A stretch of DNA of 64,000 nt from Aquabacterium sp. (GTDB lineage Bacteria > Pseudomonadota > Gammaproteobacteria > Burkholderiales > Burkholderiaceae_C), in NCBI RefSeq assembly GCF_050725395.1, contig NZ_JBOHHL010000008.1, positions 22,736 through 86,735 of the forward strand, given 5' to 3'. The notes under the pieces are model-generated. The model saw only the letters and a list, made by a program, of their open reading frames with translations, searched no databases and was not told the origin of the DNA. Shown here piece after piece: positions 53,154 to 63,425 of the stretch (the first letter of the stretch is position 1; each line of letters opens with the position of its first letter). Position numbers and translations under genes: made by a program.

Positions 53154-56100
53154 CCTCGGAAATCACGGGGTTCAAACGTTCGATCAGGGTGTCGAATTCG
53201 AATTGGTCGGCCAGGTGAGACAGGCTCACCCACTCGCTTTGCCATTGTGGGTAGCGCTCGGCCAGTTGCGTCAGCTTCTGGCGCAGGGCGCGCAGGTGGC
53301 CGATGCGGGCCAGGCGGCACAGCTCTTCCACGACCTCGGCGGGCAGGTCGCTGGCGGTCAGTCGTGGCGCGCCGATGGCGTCGAGCTCGCCGCTGCGCGG
53401 GCCCAGCAGGTGCTGCAAAGGCAAGGCGGCGGGCTCGGTGCTCCACTCGATGGCGAGGTGCTCGCCCAGGGTGTCCAGCAGTTCCGACTCGATCACCGGC
53501 TTGGCCACGAAGGCCTGGCATTGCGCGGCCTGCAAGTTTTCGGGCCGGTTCTCGAACACATTGGCCGAGACCATGATGATGGGCACCTCGGTGAAGCCCG
53601 CGGCGCGGATCTGGCAGGCCACCTGCCAGCCATCGATGTCGTCCAGGGTGATGTCGAGCAGCACCGCGTCGGGGCAGGCCTCGCGCACGCTCTCCAGGCA
53701 TTCCGGGCCGCTGGCAGCTTCGCGCAGGTGGAAGCCCAGTGGCAGCAGCATGCCGGCCAGCATCTGGCGTTGCAATGGTTGGTCGTCCACCACCAGCAGG
53801 CTGCGGCGCTCCCCCAGGTAACCGGTGATGGGCAGGTGGCGCGGGCGCGCGGCCAGCGCCGAGGTGGGCGGCATGGCGGGCTCGGCGATCTCGCGCAGGT
53901 ACATGCGCACGGTAAAAGTGCTGCCCTCCCCCAGCTCGCTCTTCACGCTGAGCTCGCCGCCCATCAACTCGGTCAGCAAGTGCGTGATGGTCAGGCCCAG
54001 GCCGGTGCCGGGCTCGCTGCTGCGGCGGCCGGCACTGCCACGCTCGAAGGGCAGGAAGATGCGGTCGATGTCTTGCGGCGCGATGCCGATGCCGGTGTCG
54101 ATGACCTCGAAGCGCAGCACCTCGCGCCGCGCATCCACCATCAGCGTGATGCGGCCCTTGTAGGTGAAGCGCGCGGCGTTGCTCAACAGGTTCAGCAGGA
54201 TCTGGCGCAGGCGCTTGGCATCGGCATGCACCCAGGCGGGCACGCGGCCACGGGTCTCCAAGGCGAAGTCCAGGCCCTTGGCGGCGGTCTGCGTCTGCAC
54301 CATGCGCACCACGTCGTCCAGGAAATCGCGGAAGGGCAAGGGCACCGGGTCCAGGCGCAGGCGGCCGGCTTCGATGCGGGCCAGGTCCAGCAGGCCATCG
54401 ATCAGGCCCATCAGGTGTTCGCCACTGCGCTGGATGGTGTTCAAGGCTTCGCGGCCCGAACCCTGGCGTTGCTCGTCCTTCAACAAGATCTGCGCGTAGC
54501 CCATGATGCTGTTGAGCGGCGTGCGCAACTCGTGCGTCATGCCGGTCACGTAGCGGGTCTTGGCCTGGTTGGCGGCTTCGGCCAGGTCCTTGGCGGCTTG
54601 CAGGGCTGCATCGGTGCGGCGGTGGGCGTCGATTTCCAGCTGCAGCAACTGGTTGTGGCGGTTGCTTTCGTCCTGCGCCAGGTGACGGCTTTCAGACGCC
54701 AGCACCACCCACCACGAGCACACGGCCGCGGCCAGCAGCAGCAAGGCATAGACCTTGACGAAAGGCCCTTCCAGCATGGCCACGGCCGGACCATTCACGG
54801 CGTCCACCACATGGTTGACCACGCCCTCCTGGTAATACACCACGCCCAGCACCATGGCCAGGACGGCCGCCAAAGACAAGAACACCACCAGGTAGTGCCC
54901 CACGCGGAAATTGATGCGCCGCGACAGTTGCAGCGGCAACACCGCCGTGAGCGCATCGGACACCTGCTCGGCGGCCCGCGAGCGGCTCTTGCACCGGTCG
55001 TGGCAACGCGACTCCAGCGTGCAGCACAGCGAGCAAATGGGGGCGTCGTAGGCCGGGCAGGTGGCCATGTCCTCGGATTCGAATGGGTTCTCGCACACCG
55101 AGCACGCCACCATCTGCCCCGGCGCCCAAGGCGTCTTGTTGGGGCGGGCCAGGTAGTAGCGGCCCCGGGTGGTCCAGGCCAGCAGCGGCGAGGCGATCAG
55201 CGCGGTGCCCAGGGCGATGAAGGGCGATCCCGCCCGGGCCAAGTCGCCGAACATGCCCGAGTGCGCGGCGAAGGCCATCACCGTGGCCAGCAAGGTGGCG
55301 CCCAGGCCGACCGGGTTCAGGTCGTACAGGTAGGCCCGCTTGAACTCGATGTGCTTGGGGCTCCAGCCCAGCGGCTTGTTGATGACCAGGTCGGCCACCA
55401 GCGCGCCCACCCAGCCGATGGCCACGTTGCCGTACAGGCCCAGCACGCGCTCCAGCGCGCCGAACACGCCCAAGGTCATCAGCATGACCGCGATCACCAC
55501 GTTGAACACCAGCCAGACCACGCGGCCCGGGTGGCTGTGCGTGAGCCGCGCGAAGAAGTTGGACCAGGCCAGCGAGCCCGCGTAGGCATTGGTGACGTTG
55601 ATCTTGACCTGCGACACGATGACGAACAGCACCATGCTGCCCAACGCCCAGGTGGGCGAGGTGAACACCTCGCCAAAGGCCGCCAGGTACATCTGCGTGG
55701 GCTCCATGGCCTGGTGGGGCGGCACGTGGTGCTGCAAGGCCAGGAAGGCCAGGAAGCCACCCGCCACCATCTTGAGCATGCCCGGCACGATCCAGCCCGG
55801 GCCGGCCACCAGCACCGCCGTCCACCAGCGCACGCGGTTCTCTTTGGTTTTCTCAGGCAAGAAGCGCAGAAAGTCGACCTGCTCGCCCACCTGCACGATG
55901 AGCGAGAAGACCACCGTGGCCGCCATGCCAAAGGCCATCAGGCTGAAGTCGCTGCTGGCCGAACTGCGGCCCACCATGCCGGTGAACTCGACATAGGCCT
56001 CGGGCCGCTTGATGGCCACGAACACGAAGGGGCACACGAACATCAGTGCCCACAAGGGCTGCGTCCACAACTGCAGTCGAGAGATCAGCGTGATGCCGTG

Positions 56101-56598
56101 CGTGACCAGCGGCACGATCACCAGCGACGACGCCAGGTAGCACACCGGCAAGGACCAGTCGAACACCATCTGCAAGGCGAGCGCCATGATGGCCGCCTCC
56201 AGCGCGAAGAAGATGAAGGTGAAGCTGGCGTAGATCAGCGAGGTGAGCGTGGACCCCAGGTAGCCGAAGCCCGCGCCGCGCGTGAGCAGGTCCAGGTCCA
56301 GACCGTACTTGGCCGCGTAATAGCTGATGGGCAGGCCCGTCATGAAGATGATCAGGCCCACCACCAGCGTGGCCCACAGCATGTTCGAGAAGCCGTAGTT
56401 CAGCGCAATGGCGCCGCCAATGGCTTCCAGCGCCAAAAAAGACACCGCGCCGAACGCCGTGTTCGCCACGCGGAATTCCGACCACTTGCGGAAGGTGCGT
56501 GGCGTGTAGCGAAGGGCGTAGTCCTCCAGGGTTTCGTTGGCCACCCAGGAGTTGTAGTCACGACGGATGCGAAAGATCTTCTGCCGGGCAACGGACAC
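53128..56598 (-). CDS. Hybrid sensor histidine kinase with N-terminal NCS1/CodB-like permease domain, Cys-rich insert, HisKA-HATPase and REC
   Basis: The first ~470 aa are multi-TM and permease-like (YTPRTFRKWSEFRVANTAFG...LLTRGAGFGYLGST...). Then come a Cys cluster CSVCENPFESEDMATCPAYDAPICSLCCTLESRCHDRC, 2 TM segments, a coiled coil, H-box MTHELRTPLNSIMGY, N/G boxes (LLNLLSNAARFT; DTGIGI; GTGLGLTI), and REC (LLVVDDQPL...AVLLDITLDDIDG). Confidence 0.9.
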   Translation of the reverse strand: MSVARQKIFRIRRDYNSWVANETLEDYALRYTPRTFRKWSEFRVANTAFGAVSFLALEAIGGAIALNYGFSNMLWATLVVGLIIFMTGLPISYYAAKYGLDLDLLTRGAGFGYLGSTLTSLIYASFTFIFFALEAAIMALALQMVFDWSLPVCYLASSLVIVPLVTHGITLISRLQLWTQPLWALMFVCPFVFVAIKRPEAYVEFTGMVGRSSASSDFSLMAFGMAATVVFSLIVQVGEQVDFLRFLPEKTKENRVRWWTAVLVAGPGWIVPGMLKMVAGGFLAFLALQHHVPPHQAMEPTQMYLAAFGEVFTSPTWALGSMVLFVIVSQVKINVTNAYAGSLAWSNFFARLTHSHPGRVVWLVFNVVIAVMLMTLGVFGALERVLGLYGNVAIGWVGALVADLVINKPLGWSPKHIEFKRAYLYDLNPVGLGATLLATVMAFAAHSGMFGDLARAGSPFIALGTALIASPLLAWTTRGRYYLARPNKTPWAPGQMVACSVCENPFESEDMATCPAYDAPICSLCCTLESRCHDRCKSRSRAAEQVSDALTAVLPLQLSRRINFRVGHYLVVFLSLAAVLAMVLGVVYYQEGVVNHVVDAVNGPAVAMLEGPFVKVYALLLLAAAVCSWWVVLASESRHLAQDESNRHNQLLQLEIDAHRRTDAALQAAKDLAEAANQAKTRYVTGMTHELRTPLNSIMGYAQILLKDEQRQGSGREALNTIQRSGEHLMGLIDGLLDLARIEAGRLRLDPVPLPFRDFLDDVVRMVQTQTAAKGLDFALETRGRVPAWVHADAKRLRQILLNLLSNAARFTYKGRITLMVDARREVLRFEVIDTGIGIAPQDIDRIFLPFERGSAGRRSSEPGTGLGLTITHLLTELMGGELSVKSELGEGSTFTVRMYLREIAEPAMPPTSALAARPRHLPITGYLGERRSLLVVDDQPLQRQMLAGMLLPLGFHLREAASGPECLESVREACPDAVLLDITLDDIDGWQVACQIRAAGFTEVPIIMVSANVFENRPENLQAAQCQAFVAKPVIESELLDTLGEHLAIEWSTEPAALPLQHLLGPRSGELDAIGAPRLTASDLPAEVVEELCRLARIGHLRALRQKLTQLAERYPQWQSEWVSLSHLADQFEFDTLIERLNPVISEDALDEPQA

Positions 56599-56726
56599 AG
56601 ACTGGCTCCGTGGGAATGAGACCTTAACCCTTCTGCAAGAAGCGATCCACCACGCTGCCTACGTTGAATGACGTATTCAAGGAAGCCCGGTCCTTGCTTA
56701 CTGTGATGGACATGGTCACACCGACA

Positions 56727-56752
56727 GTGCATGCACGAAACCATGCATGCAC
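56727..56752. promoter_or_regulatory. Palindromic GTGCATGCAC / ATGCATGCAC repeat upstream of urtA
   Basis: GTGCATGCAC (56727-56736) is a perfect 10-bp palindrome, and TGCATGCAC recurs 16 bp downstream (56744-56752). It lies in the divergent region between the kinase and urtA. Confidence 0.3.
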
Positions 56753-56800
56753 CAAGGCGTGGCATCCGTAGTCCCTTTTTTGTGCGCAAGGAGCTTTTCC

Positions 56801-58057
56801 ATGTCGAATGACCGTGACGATTCCAATCAGCAAAACCGCCGCCGCCTGTTGCAAGGCATCGGTGCCCTTCCCCTCGTGGGCATGACGGGGCTGAGCCATG
56901 GAGCCGCCCCCGCCACGTCAGCCATCAACACCACGAAGCTGGCCATCACCGACACCGAAGTCACCGTGGGCCAGTTGCACTCCGCCACCGGCACCATGGC
57001 GATTTCGGAAACCGGCTCGATCCAGGCCGAACAACTGGCCATCGACCAGATCAACGCCATGGGCGGCATCCTGGGTCGCAAGATCAAGGTCATCAAGGAA
57101 GACGGCGCCTCCGACTGGCCCACCTTCGCTGAAAAGTCGAAGAAGCTGCTGGTCAACGACCACGTGGCCGCCGTGTTCGGTTGCTGGACCTCGGCCTCGC
57201 GCAAGGCCGTGCTGCCCATCTTCGAAAAGGAAAACGGCCTGCTCTACTACCCGACCTTCTACGAAGGCCTGGAGCAATCCAAGAACGTGATCTACACGGG
57301 CCAGGAAGCCACGCAGCAAATCTTGTGGGGCCTGGACTGGGCCTCGAAAGAGAAGAAGGCCAAAACCTTCTTCCTGGTCGGCTCCGACTACATCTGGCCC
57401 CGCACCTCGATGAAGATCGCGCGCAAGCACATCGAATCCGTCGGCAAGCTGGGCAGCGTGGTGGGTGAAGAGTACTACCCCTTGGGCAACACCAACTTCA
57501 ACTCCCTGATCAACAAGATCAAGGTCGCCAAGCCCGATTGCATCTTCGCAGCCGTGGTGGGTGGCTCGAACGTGGCCTTCTACAAGCAGCTCAAGGCCGC
57601 CGGCATCACGGGCGCCAAGCAGTTCCTGCTGACCCTGTCGGTGACCGAGGACGAAATGCTGGGCGTGGGTGGCGAAAACTTCGCCGGCTTCTACTCGTCG
57701 ATGAAGTACTTCCAATCGCTGGACAACGACAACAACAAGAAGTTCGTGGCCGCGTTCAAGGGCAAGTACGGCCCGAAATCGGTGATCGGCGACGTGACGC
57801 AAGCCGGCTACCTCGGCCCCTGGCTGTGGAAGGCCGCGGTCGAGAAGGCCGGCAGCTTCGACGTGAACAAGGTCGTGGCCGCCTCGCCGGGCATCGAACT
57901 GAAGATCGCCCCCGAAGGCTACGTGAAGCTGCACGACAACCACCACTTGTGGAGCAAGGCCCGCATCGCCCAAGGCCAGCCCGATGGCACCTTCAAGGTC
58001 GTGGCCGAGTCGAAAGAGTTGATCGAACCCAACCCCTTCCCCAAGGGCTACCAGTAA
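56801..58057 (+). CDS. urtA: Urea / short-chain amide ABC transporter substrate-binding protein
   Basis: Start at ATG 56801 with RBS AAGGAG. Tat-like signal NRRRLLQGIGALPLVG. LivK/UrtA-type periplasmic binding fold (VGQLHSATGTMAISE..., GCWTSASRKAV...). Confidence 0.9.
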   Translation: MSNDRDDSNQQNRRRLLQGIGALPLVGMTGLSHGAAPATSAINTTKLAITDTEVTVGQLHSATGTMAISETGSIQAEQLAIDQINAMGGILGRKIKVIKEDGASDWPTFAEKSKKLLVNDHVAAVFGCWTSASRKAVLPIFEKENGLLYYPTFYEGLEQSKNVIYTGQEATQQILWGLDWASKEKKAKTFFLVGSDYIWPRTSMKIARKHIESVGKLGSVVGEEYYPLGNTNFNSLINKIKVAKPDCIFAAVVGGSNVAFYKQLKAAGITGAKQFLLTLSVTEDEMLGVGGENFAGFYSSMKYFQSLDNDNNKKFVAAFKGKYGPKSVIGDVTQAGYLGPWLWKAAVEKAGSFDVNKVVAASPGIELKIAPEGYVKLHDNHHLWSKARIAQGQPDGTFKVVAESKELIEPNPFPKGYQ

Positions 58058-58065
58058 GGCAGTAC

Positions 58066-58114
58066 CCCCTCGCCACCGGCCAGCAGTATCGGCCGGCCCG
58101 GCGAGGGGTTTTTT
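58066..58114 (+). terminator. Strong hairpin + T6 between urtA and urtB (terminator/attenuator)
   Basis: CCCCTCGCC...(inner CCGGCC/GGCCGG)...GGCGAGGGG followed by TTTTTT. Confidence 0.7.
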
Positions 58115-58148
58115 CATTTGATTCGATGAGTTCGGCCAGGAGCGTGGG

Positions 58149-59063
58149 ATGACACTTTCAGAAATACTCAACATCAGCGTGATGCAGGGATTCGCAGGCC
58201 TCAGCCTGTTTTCCGTGTTGCTGCTCATGGGCCTGGGCCTGGCCATCATCTTCGGCCAGATGGGCGTGATCAACCTCGCGCACGGCGAGTTCATGACCAT
58301 CGGCGCCTACACCATCTACATGGTGTCCAGCTACGTTGAAACCAAGTACCCCAGCTTCGTTCCCTATTACTTTCCCTGCGCCATCGTCCTGGCCTTCTTC
58401 ATCGCGTTCGCGGCGGGCTACCTGGCCGAATGGGCGCTGATCCGCCACCTGTACAAGCGCCCGCTCGACACCCTGCTCGCCACCTGGGGCTTGAGCCTGG
58501 GCATGCAGCAGTGCTTCCGCACCTTCATCGGCCCCAAAGAAGTGAGCCCCACCCTGCCCGAATGGCTGATGGGTTCGTGGGCCCCGAAAGAGGGCCTGGA
58601 CATCCCCATCAACGGCATGTTCGTGATGGGCCTGACCGCCCTGGTCACGGCCGGCGTGATGCTCGCGCTCTACAAGTCGCGCTGGGGCCTGCGCGTGCGC
58701 GCCTCGGTCTCCAACCGCATGATGGCCAACGCCATTGGCATCAACACCAGCCGCACTGATCGACTCACCTTCGCCATCGGTTGCGGCATCGCCGGCATCG
58801 CGGGCGCGGCCTTCACCACCATCGGCTCCACCGGCCCCACTTCAGGCTCGCTCTACATCGTGGACGCCTTCCTGGTGGTGACCTTCGGTGGCGCGGCCAG
58901 CCTGCTCGGCACGGTGGCCTCGGCCTTCGGCATCGCGCAGACGCAGTCCATCGCCGAGTTCTTCATCACAGGCTCCATGGCCAAGGTGCTGACGCTGTCC
59001 TTGATCGTGCTGATCCTGATGATCCGCCCGCAAGGCCTGTTCGCCTCCAAGGTTCGCCGCTGA
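58149..59063 (+). CDS. urtB: Urea ABC transporter permease (LivH-like)
   Basis: 304 aa, multi-TM. GLGLAIIFGQMGVINLAHGEFMTIGAY is typical of the branched-chain/urea permease family. Confidence 0.9.
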   Translation: MTLSEILNISVMQGFAGLSLFSVLLLMGLGLAIIFGQMGVINLAHGEFMTIGAYTIYMVSSYVETKYPSFVPYYFPCAIVLAFFIAFAAGYLAEWALIRHLYKRPLDTLLATWGLSLGMQQCFRTFIGPKEVSPTLPEWLMGSWAPKEGLDIPINGMFVMGLTALVTAGVMLALYKSRWGLRVRASVSNRMMANAIGINTSRTDRLTFAIGCGIAGIAGAAFTTIGSTGPTSGSLYIVDAFLVVTFGGAASLLGTVASAFGIAQTQSIAEFFITGSMAKVLTLSLIVLILMIRPQGLFASKVRR

Positions 59064-59099
59064 TTTCAGCCTGACAGAGATACGACGGAGTAGATCCCC

Positions 59100-60308
59100 A
59101 TGAAGAGTTTGATGAACTGGTTGAAAACCTCCAGCCTGGGCAGCATCGTGCTGCTGGCCCTGGTGATCCTGGTGGTGTTCCCGCTGTCGATGGACATCTT
59201 CCGCCTGAACCTGGTGGGCAAGTACCTGACCTACGGCTTCGTGGCCATCGGCCTGGTGATGCTGTGGGGCTGGAGCGGCACACTGAGCCTGGGCCAGGGC
59301 GTGTTCTTCGGCCTGGGTGGCTACTGCATGGCCATGTTCCTGAAGCTGGAAGCCTCTGACCCCATCACCACCAAGATCCAGTCCACCCCCGGCATCCCCG
59401 ACTTCATGGACTGGAACCAGATCACGGCCCTGCCGCTGTTCTGGAAGCCCTTCCAAAGCTTGCCGCTCACCCTGATCGCCATCATCCTGGTGCCCACGCT
59501 GCTGGCCTTCATCATCAGCTACGCGATGTTCAAGCGGCGCGTGGGTGGCGTGTACTTCGCCATCATCACGCAGGCCGTGGCCTTGATCGTGACCGTGCTG
59601 ATCATCGGCCAGCAGGGCTACACCGGCGGCGTCAACGGCATGACCGACCTGAAGACCGTGCTGGGCTGGGACACCCGCACCGACCACGCCAAGTTCATCC
59701 TCTACTTCGTGAACGCCGGCCTGCTGCTGGGCTGCATCCTGTTGTGCAAGTGGGTTCAGACCAGCAAGCTGGGCACCCTGCTGCTGGCCATGCGCGACAA
59801 GGAAGACCGCGTGCGCTTCTCGGGCTACGACGTGTCGATGTTCAAGGTCTTCACCTTTTGCCTGGCGGCCGGCATCTCGGCCATCGGTGGCGCCATGTTC
59901 GCACTGCAGGTGGGCTTCATGTCGCCCTCCTTCGTCGGCATCGTGCCCTCGATCGAGATGGTGATCTTCGCCGCCGTGGGTGGCCGCATGAGCCTGGTGG
60001 GGGCGGTCTACGGCACCTTGCTGGTGAACGCAGGCAAGACCTACTTCTCAGAGACCGCCCCTGACCTGTGGCTCTTCCTGATGGCTGCGCTGTTCATCGG
60101 CGTGGTGATGGCCTTCCCCAACGGCCTGGCCGGCCTGTACGAAGAAAAGATCAAGCCCTGGGCCGCCAAGCGCCGCGTGGACCTGGCCGCCGAGAAGGCA
60201 CGCCGCAAGGCCCGCGATGCGGACGATGCCAAGCCCGTGGCCGCTGTGCCCCAGGCCACCACGCCCACCCCGCACATGCCCAACGGCATGAGCAACCAGC
60301 AAGCCTGA
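59100..60308 (+). CDS. urtC: Urea ABC transporter permease (LivM-like)
   Basis: 402 aa, multi-TM. GTLSLGQGVFFGLGGYCMAMFL..., RDKEDRVRFSGYDV. Position fits. Confidence 0.9.
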   Translation: MKSLMNWLKTSSLGSIVLLALVILVVFPLSMDIFRLNLVGKYLTYGFVAIGLVMLWGWSGTLSLGQGVFFGLGGYCMAMFLKLEASDPITTKIQSTPGIPDFMDWNQITALPLFWKPFQSLPLTLIAIILVPTLLAFIISYAMFKRRVGGVYFAIITQAVALIVTVLIIGQQGYTGGVNGMTDLKTVLGWDTRTDHAKFILYFVNAGLLLGCILLCKWVQTSKLGTLLLAMRDKEDRVRFSGYDVSMFKVFTFCLAAGISAIGGAMFALQVGFMSPSFVGIVPSIEMVIFAAVGGRMSLVGAVYGTLLVNAGKTYFSETAPDLWLFLMAALFIGVVMAFPNGLAGLYEEKIKPWAAKRRVDLAAEKARRKARDADDAKPVAAVPQATTPTPHMPNGMSNQQA

Positions 60309-60332
60309 CCCGCCACAAGGAACGACTGAACC

Positions 60333-61076
<744 letters not shown>

Positions 61077-61108
61077 GCCAAGCCTGAACAAGCTAAGGAA
61101 TCAACACC

Positions 61109-61798
61109 ATGTTGGCAGTCAACGATCTGTTTGTCGCATACGGTCAGAGCGAGGCGCTGCACGGCATCTCGTTCGAGGCCAAGTCCAAGGAAACCGTGGC
61201 CATCATGGGCCGCAACGGCATGGGCAAGACCACGCTGTTCAAGAGCCTGATGGGCGTGCTGCCCACCAAGTCCGGCAAGGTCGAAGTGGGCGGGCTGGAT
61301 GTCACCAAGGACGAGAGCTACCGCCGCGTGGCCAAGGGCATCGCCTACGTGCCGCAGGGCCGCATGATCTTCCCCACCCTGACGGTGGAAGAGAACATCC
61401 AGACCGGCCTGGAGAACGCCAAGCACAAGCGCATCCCCGACGAAATCTACGCGCTCTTCCCCGTGCTGTTCGACATGCGCGCGCGCAAGGGCGGCAACCT
61501 GTCGGGTGGGCAACAGCAGCAACTGGCCATTGCCCGCGCGCTCGTCACCAACCCCAAGGTGCTGCTGCTCGATGAGCCCACCGAAGGCATCCAGCCTTCC
61601 ATCATCAAAGACATCGCCAAGGCCCTGAACGAGATCCGCCGCATGCGCGACATCACGATCATCGTGTCAGAACAAGTGCTGTCCTTCGCGCTGGACGTGG
61701 CCGACCGCCTCTTCGTGATCGAAGGCGGCCGCCTGGTCCATGAAACCGACCGCGCCGACACCGACGTCGCGCGCATCAAGCAATACCTCTCTGTGTAA
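61109..61798 (+). CDS. urtE: Urea ABC transporter ATP-binding protein
   Basis: Walker A GRNGMGKTT, signature LSGGQQQQLAIAR, Walker B LLLDEP. Confidence 0.92.
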   Translation: MLAVNDLFVAYGQSEALHGISFEAKSKETVAIMGRNGMGKTTLFKSLMGVLPTKSGKVEVGGLDVTKDESYRRVAKGIAYVPQGRMIFPTLTVEENIQTGLENAKHKRIPDEIYALFPVLFDMRARKGGNLSGGQQQQLAIARALVTNPKVLLLDEPTEGIQPSIIKDIAKALNEIRRMRDITIIVSEQVLSFALDVADRLFVIEGGRLVHETDRADTDVARIKQYLSV

Positions 61799-61815
61799 GT
61801 CAAAGGAGCCAAGCC

Positions 61816-63045
61816 ATGCCTGAAACCCTCATCAAAGTCGACCTCAACGAATCGCCCTACAGCAACGAGAACATCCACAACCGCTGGCACCCGGACATCC
61901 CGATGGCCTGCTGGGTGAACCCCGGCGACGACTTCGTGCTGGAAACCTACGACTGGACCGGCGGCTACATCAAGAACAACGACAGCGCCGACGACATCCG
62001 CGACGTGGACCTGACCACGGTGCACTTCTTGTCGGGCCCGGTGGGCGTCAAGGGCGCCGAGCCTGGCGACCTGCTGGTGGTCGAGCTGCTGGACATCGGA
62101 GCCAAGCAAGACAGCCTGTGGGGCTTCAACGGCTTCTTCAGCAAGAAGAACGGCGGCGGCTTTTTGACCGAGCACTTCCCGCTGGCTCAGAAGTCCATCT
62201 GGGATTTCAACGGCATGTTCACCAAGAGCCGCCACATCCCCGGCGTGGAGTTTGCCGGCCTGATCCACCCCGGCCTGATCGGCTGCCTGCCCGACCCCAA
62301 GATGCTGGCCACCTGGAACGAGCGCGAAGTGGACTTCATCGCCACCCAGCCCGACCGCGTGCCCCCCCTGGCCAACCCGCCCTTCGCGGCCACCACCCAC
62401 GCCGGCAAGGCCACGGGCGCGACCAAGGACAAGATCGCGGCCGAAGGCGCCCGCACCGTGCCCCCGCGTGAACACGGCGGCAACTGCGACATCAAGGATT
62501 TGTCGCGCGGCTCCAAGGTCTTCTTCCCCGTGTACGTGGAAGGCGCAGGCCTGAGCGTGGGCGACCTGCACTTCAGCCAGGGCGATGGCGAAATCACCTT
62601 CTGCGGCGCCATCGAGATGGCCGGCTGGGTGCACATGCGCGTATCGATCATCAAGGGCGGCATGGCCAAGTACGGCATCAAGAACCCGATCTTCAAGCCC
62701 AGCACCATCACGCCCAACTACAAGGATTACCTGATCTTTGAAGGCATCTCGGTGGACGAATACGGCAAGCAGCACTACCTGGACGTGCACGTGGCCTACC
62801 GCCAGGCCTGCCTGAACGCCATCGAGTACCTGACCAAGTTCGGCTACAGCAAGGCACAGGCTTATTCGATCCTGGGCACCGCCCCCGTGCAGGGCCACAT
62901 CAGCGGCGTGGTCGACATACCGAACGCCTGTGCCACCTTGTGGTTGCCGACCGAGATTTTCGAGTTCGACATCAACCCGACCGCGGCCGGGCCCATCAAG
63001 ATGCTGGACGGCAGCATCGACATGCCCATCTCGCAAGACCTCTGA
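61816..63045 (+). CDS. fmdA: Formamidase (acetamidase/formamidase family)
   Basis: 409 aa. NRWHPDIP...DWTGG...REHGGNCDIKDL...GDLHFSQGDGEITFCGAIEM is typical of FmdA. It lies downstream of an urt-type transporter, as in known fmd loci. Confidence 0.92.
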   Translation: MPETLIKVDLNESPYSNENIHNRWHPDIPMACWVNPGDDFVLETYDWTGGYIKNNDSADDIRDVDLTTVHFLSGPVGVKGAEPGDLLVVELLDIGAKQDSLWGFNGFFSKKNGGGFLTEHFPLAQKSIWDFNGMFTKSRHIPGVEFAGLIHPGLIGCLPDPKMLATWNEREVDFIATQPDRVPPLANPPFAATTHAGKATGATKDKIAAEGARTVPPREHGGNCDIKDLSRGSKVFFPVYVEGAGLSVGDLHFSQGDGEITFCGAIEMAGWVHMRVSIIKGGMAKYGIKNPIFKPSTITPNYKDYLIFEGISVDEYGKQHYLDVHVAYRQACLNAIEYLTKFGYSKAQAYSILGTAPVQGHISGVVDIPNACATLWLPTEIFEFDINPTAAGPIKMLDGSIDMPISQDL

Positions 63046-63071
63046 TCTGGACGAAGCAGGAGACAGCCCCC

Positions 63072-63425
63072 ATGCCGACTTACGAGTACGACTGCCCAAG
63101 CTGCGGGGGCTTCGACGCCATCCGCAGCCTTTCGACCCGCAATGACCCGTGCGCCTGCCCGGAATGCGGCAGCGCCTCGGGCCGCGTGTTCGCCACAGCC
63201 CCGCGCCTGGCCTGCGTGAGCAGCGACACGCGCACGGCCATGGACCGCAATGAGAAGGCGCGGCATGAGCCGCGTTCTTCAAAGGATGGGAGCTATGGAC
63301 GGCTGAGCCACCCTTCGGGGTGCGGGTGCTGTTCAACCAGCAAGGGAATCCGCAGCGCGACGGTGACAGCCGCCAATGGAAACAAGGCGTTTCCGTCGAA
63401 GCGGCCCTGGATGATCAGCCACTGA
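63072..63425 (+). CDS. fmdB: FmdB-family zinc-ribbon putative regulatory protein
   Basis: Start at ATG 63072 with RBS GGAGA. MPTYEYDCPSCGGFDAIRSLSTRNDPCACPECGS (CxxC...CxxC). Confidence 0.8.
   Translation: MPTYEYDCPSCGGFDAIRSLSTRNDPCACPECGSASGRVFATAPRLACVSSDTRTAMDRNEKARHEPRSSKDGSYGRLSHPSGCGCCSTSKGIRSATVTAANGNKAFPSKRPWMISH

Noticed and set aside
53053-56619. 1,188-aa ORF on the + strand, antisense to the hybrid kinase. Similar long antisense or alternate-frame ORFs occur at 273-1694, 970-2232, 1386-4238, 2341-3984, 12265-13179, 22929-24527, 28755-30179, 56918-58300 and 61447-63336.
   Set aside because: Their translations are Arg/Gly/Ala/His/Pro-rich low-complexity strings with no recognisable motifs. 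Each mirrors a well-supported gene on the other strand or frame. Open antisense frames like these are typical of high-GC DNA.
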